Assembly: GCA_964526875.1 (NCBI GenBank)
Contig: CAZGMV010000001.1
Coordinates: forward strand, 1 to 38,867
DNA length: 38,867 nt
DNA from: Candidatus Woesearchaeota archaeon
GTDB lineage: Archaea; Nanobdellota; Nanobdellia; CAZGMV01
Direction of reading: 5' to 3'
This document shows, one piece after another, positions 16,521-25,043 of this stretch. A program made the translations under genes and the position numbers. Every line of letters starts with the position of its first letter. Position 1 is the first letter of the stretch. Under the pieces are notes generated by a model that made no database searches, was not told the DNA's origin, and saw only the letters and a list, made by a program, of their open reading frames with translations.

Positions 16521-16865
16521 ATGTTTGGAAAAGGTTTTGGAAGAAGAAGAAAAAGAAGAAAAATTTGTTTTAATGCTAAATTTAAATTTTTTAAACCCCA
16601 AGGGATTTCTTTAAGTGAATTAGAGGAAATAATTTTATTAGCTGAGGAATTAGAAGCACTAAGATTAAAAGATTATTTAGATTTGGACCAAAATAAAGCC
16701 GCTGAGGAAATGGGGATCTCACAACCTACTTTTCATAGAATTCTAAAATCCGCAAGGAAAAAAGTTGCCACTGCTATTATTGAAGGAAAGGCTTTAAGAA
16801 TTGAAGAAGGGTTTGAATTAATAAAAGATGAAAAAAATTACGAAAGAGAAGAATATAAAGAGTAA
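16521..16865 (+). CDS. DUF134 / UPF0251 DNA-binding protein
   Basis: FKPQGI...EELEALRLKDYLDLDQNKAAEEMGISQPTFHRILKSARKKVA is a sigma-70 region 4-like HTH. Confidence 0.75.
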   Translation: MFGKGFGRRRKRRKICFNAKFKFFKPQGISLSELEEIILLAEELEALRLKDYLDLDQNKAAEEMGISQPTFHRILKSARKKVATAIIEGKALRIEEGFELIKDEKNYEREEYKE

Positions 16866-18152
16866 TTATTCTCTTCCACTCATTTTTAGAATTAAGATAA
16901 ACATTAAATTCAAAAAAGGGATTAAAATATAAGTCCCTAATTTTGCAATTTTTTCTAAGATTGGAGAACTTGAGAAAGAACTTAAAATGGAAATAGTGGA
17001 TACAAATAACAAAGGAATTGCCACTACTAAAATAACATATAAATCACTAAAAACATCTAAAGAGCTAGTATATTTTTCTTTGTTATATTTATATTCTAAA
17101 ATAGCCTCTTGAGATTTTTGTTGTAAATAATTTGTTATATCACCTCCGCTTTTGGTTAAATAAACAATAGATCTTAAAATATCAGCCAATTCATCAGATG
17201 GTGTTTGTTCACCCACTAATTTCAAAGCATCTGTTAGACTCATATTAAATTCTTCAACCAGACTAATAATTTTTTGAAATTCTTCTGCCAAATCTTTATA
17301 ATCTTTAGTTTCAGCAATCATTTTAATTACATAGTAAAAATTGATTCCTGAGGAACTAATAGCTGCCATGTGAATCAAAGCAAAAGGTAAATAAGCATTA
17401 ATTTTTCTTCTCTTTTCATTAAAGGAATAAAAAGGATAAGTTAAAAGGATCATAATAACTAAAACTCCTAAAAATGTTAAAAATAAAAGAGTTTTTTTAA
17501 AAAATTCTAAAGAGATCTTTTTCATAAAAAATAAAAAAGACAATGCTAGAAAAATAACGCTCAAATAAGAAAGGAGAAAAAAAGATAGAATATATACAAC
17601 ACTTAATAAATTTCTCTGAAAAGGAGTTAAATCAAATTTTCTCAAATAATTATAAATCCATAAATAAAAATCAGGCAATAAATTAAGGAAAAAATTAAAT
17701 AATTTGTCGAAAGATTTTAAATTAGTTAAGCTAATAGCTTTCCTTACCTTTCTTTTCTTTTTTTCTTTGGATATAAAATCTTTAACATCTTTTCTTTTTT
17801 TAGAATTTTTCTCTTTCAATTTTTGGTGTAGTTTTCTTTTTATGATTATTTTATCTCCTAAAAAACGATTTATTTGTTTAGCTCGATTTTCTCTTTTTAA
17901 TTTATAATAATGGCTAATTACAGGAATATTTGAATTAGCTAATTTATGTTCTTTTTTATATTTTTCAATTAGGGAAAGGATTTTTGTAATATGGTTCGTT
18001 AATAAAATAATTTCATTTTTTAATTCCAAATACTCTTCTCTAGTATAATAACCCTTCTTAAATTTTAAATCTTCTACTTCTTTAAGTTTTTCTAAAATTT
18101 CTAGTTCTTTATTAAGAGCTTCTTCTATTTTTTTAATTCTTTCTAAATCCAA
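16866..18152 (-). CDS. Type II secretion system F-domain membrane protein (TadC/FlaJ-like platform) with N-terminal coiled-coil extension
   Basis: T2SSF core LPFALIHMAAISSSGINFYYVIKMIAE...MSLTDALKLVGEQTPSDELADILRSIVYLTKSGGDITNYLQ is flanked by transmembrane helices. The first ~150 aa are K/E-rich coiled coil. Confidence 0.65.
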   Translation of the reverse strand: MDLERIKKIEEALNKELEILEKLKEVEDLKFKKGYYTREEYLELKNEIILLTNHITKILSLIEKYKKEHKLANSNIPVISHYYKLKRENRAKQINRFLGDKIIIKRKLHQKLKEKNSKKRKDVKDFISKEKKKRKVRKAISLTNLKSFDKLFNFFLNLLPDFYLWIYNYLRKFDLTPFQRNLLSVVYILSFFLLSYLSVIFLALSFLFFMKKISLEFFKKTLLFLTFLGVLVIMILLTYPFYSFNEKRRKINAYLPFALIHMAAISSSGINFYYVIKMIAETKDYKDLAEEFQKIISLVEEFNMSLTDALKLVGEQTPSDELADILRSIVYLTKSGGDITNYLQQKSQEAILEYKYNKEKYTSSLDVFSDLYVILVVAIPLLFVSTISILSSFSSSPILEKIAKLGTYILIPFLNLMFILILKMSGRE

Positions 18153-18221
18153 TTAAAAATAAAGTATTGTTGAATAAAAAATTTTAATTTTCACTCTTAA
18201 AGGACAAAAATTTTTCTATCA

Positions 18222-18229
18222 TTTATAAA
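18222..18229 (+). promoter_or_regulatory. TATA box TTTATAAA for the DHH gene
   Basis: The centre is 24.5 nt from ATG 18250. Confidence 0.5.
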
Positions 18230-18249
18230 GGTTTTCTTTTTCATTCCTT

Positions 18250-19251
18250 ATGAATTTAAAGGATTATGTCAAAAAGTTAATAGAAAAACAAAAAAAAGAA
18301 AAAGTTAAAATTAATGTGTTAGTGCATAATGATTTGGATGGCACAGGTTGTTTGTATCTTATTAATAAAGTCTTTAAAAACGCCGAAGTAAATTTTAAAA
18401 AAGTAAGCTATTCAAAATTGGTTGAAAAATTTAATGAATTGGCTTTAGATTTAGAAGAAAATAATAAAGAATTACTTATTGTATGCGATTTAGGTCTAAA
18501 TAAAAGAATATTGGATAAATTAAACTTAAAAGCTGTAAAAGGAAAATTGTTATGGTTAGACCATCATATCTGGGATAAAGAATTAAAGAAAAAATTGTCT
18601 GAATATGGGGAAATTGTAATTAATAAAAAAACATGTGCAACAGGTATTGTTTTTAATTATTTTAAGGAATTTTTGAATTTTTCAGAATTTGATAAAAACT
18701 TGAAAGAAATCATTTGTGATTTTGATTTGTGGAAGTTAAAGAAAAAAATTAGTTGGAAATTATCTTTAGCTTTAATTAATTATAATCTAGAAAGATTTAG
18801 GAAGGAAAAATTAGAAAAAGGAATTCTCTTCGATGAAGAACTGGAAAAAAATTACTTGAAAAACTTGAGGAAATTTGAGAATTTAGTAAAAAAATTTGAA
18901 AAAGATGGAGAAGTTCTAAAAACAAAAAGAGGTAAATTATTAATGGCTTTTTCTAATAAAAAGAACATGATTTTTATTTCTCATTTGTATGAAATGTTGA
19001 AAAATAAATATGACGGGTTTATTTTAGTAGGAGAAAGTGGAAAAATTAGCTTAAGAGGAAAAATACAAGTAAATGATATTGCCCAAGAATTTGGAGGAGG
19101 AGGACATTTGAATGCCGCAGGTGGCTTAGTAAATTACTCAAAGCTACAAAAATTCTTAAATAAGATACTTTTTAAGCTAAGAATTTATCCAAAAAAGGAA
19201 GAAATCAAAAAAAGAATTTTAAAGATTACAGAAAAAGAAAATAAAAAATAA
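18250..19251 (+). CDS. DHH/DHHA1-family phosphoesterase (NrnA-like)
   Basis: VHNDLDGTGC (motif I), CDLG (motif II), LDHHIWD (DHH), GGGHLNAAGG (DHHA1). Confidence 0.7.
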   Translation: MNLKDYVKKLIEKQKKEKVKINVLVHNDLDGTGCLYLINKVFKNAEVNFKKVSYSKLVEKFNELALDLEENNKELLIVCDLGLNKRILDKLNLKAVKGKLLWLDHHIWDKELKKKLSEYGEIVINKKTCATGIVFNYFKEFLNFSEFDKNLKEIICDFDLWKLKKKISWKLSLALINYNLERFRKEKLEKGILFDEELEKNYLKNLRKFENLVKKFEKDGEVLKTKRGKLLMAFSNKKNMIFISHLYEMLKNKYDGFILVGESGKISLRGKIQVNDIAQEFGGGGHLNAAGGLVNYSKLQKFLNKILFKLRIYPKKEEIKKRILKITEKENKK

Positions 19252-19262
19252 TTTTTTAACTC

Positions 19263-19838
19263 TTAACTTACTGTAGTTTCATAAACTCTTGTACCTCCCT
19301 GAGCAGGATCTGAATAGAACAAGAACCACTTAGTACCTTTTTTAAAGCACTCATCACTTATATTCCAACTATCTTTTGTTACTTCAATACTTGAAAGTAA
19401 ATTATAAACACCTGTACCTTCTAGAACGAAAATTGCCTGGTCTACAACATAACCATCATCTTCAGGATTACAAATTTTTAATTGTGTGGAGTTTATTTTA
19501 CCGTCCTGTAACAATTTTAAACAAGTAACTTTTGCATATCGTGTTGGATCTTTTTCACATTCTAAATATAAAGCATTTAGATCACTTTTCTTAAAAGAAA
19601 CTTTTGGAGAAATTACCAATTCATCAATACTTACAGTATTTACTTTTCCTGCCACTGCCGAAATACTCATAGATGCTACTGTAAAAGGTGCTCCTTGTTT
19701 TACACTAGTTGCTTGTTTAGTTGATTTACTTGTAATACTGTTAATAACTACTACCAACCCTAAAGTAATAGCAATTAAAGAAACGTACCAAATATATTCT
19801 GGAATTGCCGCTTTTTTTATTTTTCTTTTTTGACCCAT
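19263..19838 (-). CDS. Pilin-like (class III signal peptide) protein, short paralog of 64-1191
   Basis: N-terminus KIKKAAIPEYIWYVSLIAITLGLVVVI and C-terminus ECFKKGTKWFLFYSDPAQGGT both match the LamG protein. Confidence 0.5.
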   Translation of the reverse strand: MGQKRKIKKAAIPEYIWYVSLIAITLGLVVVINSITSKSTKQATSVKQGAPFTVASMSISAVAGKVNTVSIDELVISPKVSFKKSDLNALYLECEKDPTRYAKVTCLKLLQDGKINSTQLKICNPEDDGYVVDQAIFVLEGTGVYNLLSSIEVTKDSWNISDECFKKGTKWFLFYSDPAQGGTRVYETTVS

Positions 19839-19967
19839 AATATTTTTATGGAATTAAAATTCTTAATAAAAATGTATTACCACTTAAAGGTCAAAAATTA
19901 GATTTGTTATCCTAGCGTTAGATTAAAATTTTATAAAGAATTAAAAGATTCAAAAAATAGACAGACA

Positions 19968-20159
19968 ATGGCCTTTATACAATTTTTAACAAAATATTGG
20001 AAACAAATTATTGCTCTTGTTTTACTTATATGGACTATAGGGGCTTTTGTTTTTTTTCTGTTAAAAACTAATTATTTGAAAAAAAAGAAAGTAGAAGCAA
20101 TGCTTAATGAGTCAACCATAATTATTTATAACGACGAGATTAATAGACCTCCTCTTTAA
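19968..20159 (+). CDS. Small single-pass membrane protein (hypothetical)
   Basis: 63-aa ORF with one hydrophobic helix. A TTTATAAA lies at 19930-19937 upstream. Confidence 0.3.
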   Translation: MAFIQFLTKYWKQIIALVLLIWTIGAFVFFLLKTNYLKKKKVEAMLNESTIIIYNDEINRPPL

Positions 20160-20198
20160 AAAACTTTATAAATATTTTATTGCATAAATTAGTTAATA

Positions 20199-20363
20199 AT
20201 GGATGAAAAAGTAAAGCAGATTTTGTTAGATGTTTTAGATAATTTAAATGACAGTAAGTACGAATTAGAAAATTTGAATGCTGAAGAGTTAAAAAATGAG
20301 ATTGAAGAAGTAATTTATGGGTTGGAAGAATTAATTGACAAATTAGAGAATTTATTAAAATAA
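20199..20363 (+). CDS. Small (54 aa) acidic coiled-coil protein, not in the ORF track
   Basis: ATG 20199 to TAA 20361-20363 (165 nt, in frame), translating to MDEKVKQILLDVLDNLNDSKYELENLNAEELKNEIEEVIYGLEELIDKLENLLK. A TTTATAAA lies at 20165-20172. Confidence 0.3.
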   Translation: MDEKVKQILLDVLDNLNDSKYELENLNAEELKNEIEEVIYGLEELIDKLENLLK

Positions 20364-20402
20364 TTGGCTATTCTAAATTTAATTCTTTTTCTGGGTGAGA
20401 GT

Positions 20403-20870
20403 GTGGAATGTGAGTTATGTGGTAAAAAAACAAATAAATTATTCCATGTTATTATTGAAGGTGTTTCTTTGCAAGTTTGCGAAAATTGTGCTAAATTTGG
20501 AAAAATAAAAAAAGAAAAAATCATTAGTAATAAAGCTCATTTAAAAAATGAAGATGTTGAATTAAAAGAAATTAGAGAAAAAGAAGTGATTATCTCTCCA
20601 AAAGCCAAAGATTTATTAAGGAAATATAGAGAGGAAAGAGGATTAACTAGAGAAGAATTAGCTAAAGCATTAAATGTTAAAGTAAATTTAATAGAGAAAA
20701 TTGAAAGAGGAATAACTGATTTAGATTTAAAAGATGTAGAAAAAATTGAAAAAAAGTTAAAATTAAAATTAACAGAAGAGGTTGTTATTGACTACGATCC
20801 AAAACAAAAACAATTTGATGAAAACGAAACTTTAACTGTAGGTGATGTCGTTAAGTTAATAGTTAAATAG
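20403..20870 (+). CDS. mbf1: MBF1-type transcription cofactor (zinc ribbon plus HTH)
   Basis: ECELCGKK...CENCAKFG zinc ribbon, then the cro/C1-type HTH LRKYREERGLTREELAKALNVKVNLIEKIERG. GTG 20403 gives the usual M-x-CE-x-CG start; the track ORF begins at TTG 20364. Confidence 0.75.
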   Translation: MECELCGKKTNKLFHVIIEGVSLQVCENCAKFGKIKKEKIISNKAHLKNEDVELKEIREKEVIISPKAKDLLRKYREERGLTREELAKALNVKVNLIEKIERGITDLDLKDVEKIEKKLKLKLTEEVVIDYDPKQKQFDENETLTVGDVVKLIVK

Positions 20871-20880
20871 TAGATAGTAG

Positions 20881-22773
20881 TTAAATTGCTATATCAAAAT
20901 TTAAATCATATTCTTTTAGACAACCTTTATATTTATTTTTGACGATAATCATTTTTTTCTCCAAAATCTTCTTTAGGACGTTTAATTTTTCCTCTATTGT
21001 TTTAATATCATTTAAAATTTCTTTTTTATTTAAAAATAAGGCGTTATGTAAATAAACTACAGAAACGCCTAATCTTGCCAAGACAACATCATCATAATTT
21101 TTCCAAAAGAGTTTTTTTTCTTTTAGTATTAACCTTCTAAAAATTAATTCACCTTTTTCACAGTTTATTTTATATTTTTCCGTTTTTGGAAATACATACT
21201 TTTTTGTCTTTTCTAAGATTCTCCTTTGAATTTCTTGTAAAAACCCTTTTATTTTTTTTCTATCTATTTTTTTATCTGAAAAGAAGAAAATAAAGAATTC
21301 GTCCCCTAAACCAGCTATTACAAATTGGTAAAGTTCTTTATTATTTTTTAAATCCTTGCTATTTTTTAAAAAAACATAATCATTAGCAGTCTCAAAGAAA
21401 GTGTTTATTATTTCATTATATATTTCATCATATTCGTTTGGAAATACATAAAAGTTAAATGCATTAAAACCATCAAGCTCTAAAAATGCTGAATCAACAT
21501 ATAAATGTTCAAAATCGTTATATTTAAAAAGACAATTTATAAAATTAACAATACCTTTTTCAAAGGTTCCTTCTTTACCATCAAGTATTAAATAAAAATT
21601 TCTTTTTCCAAATTTTATAAAAACATTTTTCAATACTTCTTCAAGATTCTTATTGGCAATTAAATAAAGCTGTCTTCTAAAAAAAGTAAAGGTTTTTTCA
21701 TTAACATGTAATTTATTTGTTAAAGGTATTGTTAAATTTAATATCTCAAGTTTTTCAACAAAATTATTTATTTCCTTAATTAATTTCTCTTTTACTTCAT
21801 TTACTTTTTTTAAATCTTTGATTTTTATATTCTCATCAAGATTCTTAATATCCCTCTCTATTTCCTTAGCATAACTCCTTAATTCGCTGTTTAAAAAAGG
21901 ATAAAAAGGTTGTATAACACTTTGAAACCATATTAGAAGATCCTTAAAAAAATCTTCAATTTCTTTTAATTTTTTATTATCCATTAACTCCAATTTAAAA
22001 TAATTCTCCTTTTTATTAATCATCGTGTTTATTTTTTCTTTTTTAAACAATTCTCCAATAACCAAAATTATTTCAATCCACAAGTAATAGGAAATCGCAT
22101 ATAACAAGAAAAATTCGTGTTCGTTTTTACTTTTAAAATATAAAGCTTTCGTTAATAAAGGGCTTTTCTTGACTTTTTTGTATAATTCTTTATAATCACT
22201 ACTTAAAACCTTTTCTTTTAATTTAAAATCTAATTTATTATTTAAGATACTAGACAATTCTTTTAAATCATTCTCAATTTCCAAATTTTTCCCCTTTAGA
22301 ATTTCTTGAATTTTACCACGTATTTTCATTAGGTTATTCTCTAAGATAATCTCCTTTGCAAATAATTCTTCTATGTCATCAATTTTCAGTATTTTTTCTT
22401 CAATAAATATTATTTTATTACTATTTTTTATTACTTTTCTCTCTATTTCTCCAATCTTATTCTTTTCCAGTGGTTCAGAAGTAAATGCTATTATTTTCCC
22501 ACCTGTCTCTAAAATATATAAGGATTTGTAATTTCTTAAAAGCTCAAATATTTTAGATTTTAACCTAGAACCTATTTCATAGCCGTATTTTTTATTTAAG
22601 TAAGTTAAATCAAGTGTTATTCCATATAAATAAATTGTCTCTTTTTTATTTAATTTGTTTAACACTTCTTTAGCCAATTTCAATAGCTCATTGTCTCTTT
22701 CATCTATTAACTTACTACCATCTGAATTCCTTGAAAATAAAATAGCAAATTTTTCAAATAAATTTATGTTCAA
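20881..22773 (-). CDS. Twin palm-domain (GGDEF/Cas10-like nucleotide cyclase fold) protein of uncharacterised function
   Basis: The N-terminal module is ITLDLTYLNKKYGYEIGSRLKSKIFELL...YILETGGKIIAFTS. The C-terminal module is FLELDGFNAFN...FVIAGLGDEFFIFFF...ARLGVSVVY, with GLGDEF encoded at 21295-21312. TTG start at 22773. Confidence 0.5.
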   Translation of the reverse strand: MNINLFEKFAILFSRNSDGSKLIDERDNELLKLAKEVLNKLNKKETIYLYGITLDLTYLNKKYGYEIGSRLKSKIFELLRNYKSLYILETGGKIIAFTSEPLEKNKIGEIERKVIKNSNKIIFIEEKILKIDDIEELFAKEIILENNLMKIRGKIQEILKGKNLEIENDLKELSSILNNKLDFKLKEKVLSSDYKELYKKVKKSPLLTKALYFKSKNEHEFFLLYAISYYLWIEIILVIGELFKKEKINTMINKKENYFKLELMDNKKLKEIEDFFKDLLIWFQSVIQPFYPFLNSELRSYAKEIERDIKNLDENIKIKDLKKVNEVKEKLIKEINNFVEKLEILNLTIPLTNKLHVNEKTFTFFRRQLYLIANKNLEEVLKNVFIKFGKRNFYLILDGKEGTFEKGIVNFINCLFKYNDFEHLYVDSAFLELDGFNAFNFYVFPNEYDEIYNEIINTFFETANDYVFLKNSKDLKNNKELYQFVIAGLGDEFFIFFFSDKKIDRKKIKGFLQEIQRRILEKTKKYVFPKTEKYKINCEKGELIFRRLILKEKKLFWKNYDDVVLARLGVSVVYLHNALFLNKKEILNDIKTIEEKLNVLKKILEKKMIIVKNKYKGCLKEYDLNFDIAI

Positions 22774-22824
22774 TTTTATTTATTTACAAAAATAATTTTT
22801 TAAATTTAATTTTTCTCTTTATTT

Positions 22825-23865
22825 ATGGGTATTAACTTAACAGAATTAGTTAAACCATTTAAAAAAGAAATTTCCTTGGAAGAGTTAAATGGGAAAGTCA
22901 TCGCAATAGATGCTTTTAACACACTATATCAATTCTTAGCAACAATTAGACAAATTGATGGAACACCTCTAATGAATAAAGAGGGTAAAATTACTTCCCA
23001 TTTATCTGGTTTATTTTATAGAACCATTAATTTAATTGAAAATGGAATTAAACCTGTTTATGTTTTTGATGGAAAAGCCCCAGAGTTTAAAAGAGAAGAA
23101 AGAGAAAGAAGAGAGAAAATTAAAGAAAAGTATAAAGAAAAGTTAGAAATAGCCAAAATGGAAGGAGAAAGAGATTTAAAAAAATATGCACAAGCATTAG
23201 CAAAATTAAATAATGAAATGGTTGAAGAAAGTAAAGAACTAATAAAGGCAATGGGTTTACCAGTTGTTCAAGCTCCTAGTGAAGGAGAAGCAGAAGCTGC
23301 TTATTTAGTTAAAAGTAATAAAGTTAATTTAGCAGCTAGTCAAGATTATGATTCTTTAATTTTTGGCGCTCCTTTCTTAGTTAGGAATCTAAATATTGTT
23401 GGAAAAAGAAAAGTTGCAAATAAAAACATTTATGAAGAAATAAAGCCTGAATTATTAGAAAGAAAGAAAATTTTAGAAGGTTTGAAAATTAATGAAGATC
23501 AGTTAATTGTTCTTTCCTTATTAATAGGAACTGACTTTAATCCAGGAGGAATAAGAGGAATAGGTCCAAAAAAAGCTTTAGAGTTAGTTAAAAAATTTGG
23601 AAATAATTTTGATTTATTATTCAAGTTTGTTAAATGGGAAGAAAATTTTTCAATTGATTGGAAAGAAATATTTAATTTTTTTAAGAACCCTCCAGTAATT
23701 GATTATGAGATTAAATTTGGAAAAGTTGAAGAGGACAAAATAATTGAAATTTTGGTTGAAAAAAACGATTTTTCAAAAGAAAGAGTTATTAAATATATTG
23801 AAATTTTAAAAAAACATATGAACGTTAAACAACAAAACGTTCTGGATTTTTTCAAAAAGAAGTGA
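22825..23865 (+). CDS. fen: Flap endonuclease 1
   Basis: MGINLTELV...IAIDAFNTLYQFL, SEGEAEAAYL, SQDYDSLIFGAP, LIGTDFNPGGIRGIGPKKAL. Confidence 0.95.
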   Translation: MGINLTELVKPFKKEISLEELNGKVIAIDAFNTLYQFLATIRQIDGTPLMNKEGKITSHLSGLFYRTINLIENGIKPVYVFDGKAPEFKREERERREKIKEKYKEKLEIAKMEGERDLKKYAQALAKLNNEMVEESKELIKAMGLPVVQAPSEGEAEAAYLVKSNKVNLAASQDYDSLIFGAPFLVRNLNIVGKRKVANKNIYEEIKPELLERKKILEGLKINEDQLIVLSLLIGTDFNPGGIRGIGPKKALELVKKFGNNFDLLFKFVKWEENFSIDWKEIFNFFKNPPVIDYEIKFGKVEEDKIIEILVEKNDFSKERVIKYIEILKKHMNVKQQNVLDFFKKK

Positions 23866-23866
23866 T

Positions 23867-25036
23867 TTAAAAATCTTCATAAGGAAGTAAATAAATAAAT
23901 AAAAAAGCAAAAACGACAATTAAAAGCAAAATAAATATAATCTTCCTTATATAACTTATTGTTTTTTCAAATTTCTTTTCTTCCACTATTTGTGGTTGGA
24001 AAGTATAAATTGTTTTATTTTCGTAAATAATTGTATAATTAGAGAAAGGGAGTTTTAGGTTAATTAAGTAATTACCTAACTCAATTTTTTTAGATTCTGT
24101 TTTATTGTTTAATTCGTATATTATCGTAATATTATAATCTCTATCGTAAGGATTTTTTAAAAAAACCTCGCTAATTTTAACTTTCTTTTGGAACTCGTCC
24201 GCTAAAGCGTAAAAGAATTTACTATAATTTAGGTTTATTCTTTTTTCACATAATCTTCCATCTATGTAAATCTTTAAATCAAAAATTCCTGCTGGATAAA
24301 AAGTTGGAAAGTCTATATAATAAAACCTTTCCTTTAAATAAGGCAACAAATCTGAATCAAAATACTTAATTTTAGGATTATAAACATTACCATCTTGATC
24401 CTTTATAATTAAATCAAACTTTAAATAATAAGGGAAGTTATTTTCTACTATCTGAACATCACAATAAGCAGGAGAAGGTTTTATTATTAAAAAATCCTTA
24501 AAAACCTTACAAAACCTACCATCACAAAGTTTTAAAGTTATTGGCAAAGCCCCTATTGGGTAAAATTTTGTTAAATTAATTTTGTTTGTTCCAGGATTTA
24601 ATTGAAAAACATCACTTCCTATTTTTAAAAAACCATTATATTGTGTAGTTATTGTTAAAACATTGTTTCCTGTTAATATCAATTCTTTTGGGGTTATTAC
24701 ATAAGCAATTTCATCATTAAACTTAATTTTTTTTTCTTCTGTTTTTGTTTTATTGTTTATTGTGTAAAACGCTTTTAAAATTACAGTTTCATTATTATTT
24801 AATTTTTTTATTGAAAAAGAACCATAACAACTATAAGCCGTTTTATTTAAAGGAATTACTTCTAGTTTACAACTATCAGGAATTGTTTTATTTTCGTAAA
24901 TCAAATAAAAAATTGTTAATGAAAGGGAATTCTCTTTAGTGTAGATTGCCAAATTAGAATTTAATGTATTTAAAACTAAGTTAAGTAAAATAAAAAAAGA
25001 AAAAAAAGTTAAAAATACCTTACTTTTTGCTTTCAT
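23867..25036 (-). CDS. Secreted, C-terminally membrane-anchored protein rich in N-glycosylation sequons (hypothetical surface protein)
   Basis: N-terminal signal-like helix and C-terminal transmembrane helix (IIFILLLIVVFAFLFIYLL). About ten N-x-S/T sequons by my count. Beta-rich composition. Confidence 0.45.
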   Translation of the reverse strand: MKAKSKVFLTFFSFFILLNLVLNTLNSNLAIYTKENSLSLTIFYLIYENKTIPDSCKLEVIPLNKTAYSCYGSFSIKKLNNNETVILKAFYTINNKTKTEEKKIKFNDEIAYVITPKELILTGNNVLTITTQYNGFLKIGSDVFQLNPGTNKINLTKFYPIGALPITLKLCDGRFCKVFKDFLIIKPSPAYCDVQIVENNFPYYLKFDLIIKDQDGNVYNPKIKYFDSDLLPYLKERFYYIDFPTFYPAGIFDLKIYIDGRLCEKRINLNYSKFFYALADEFQKKVKISEVFLKNPYDRDYNITIIYELNNKTESKKIELGNYLINLKLPFSNYTIIYENKTIYTFQPQIVEEKKFEKTISYIRKIIFILLLIVVFAFLFIYLLPYEDF

Positions 25037-25043
25037 TTATCTT

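Noticed and set aside
19486-19833. 115-aa ORF antisense to the short pilin-like gene.
   Set aside because: The minus-strand protein has a paralog (64-1191) with matching N- and C-termini, which supports the minus strand. The plus-strand frame has no such support.
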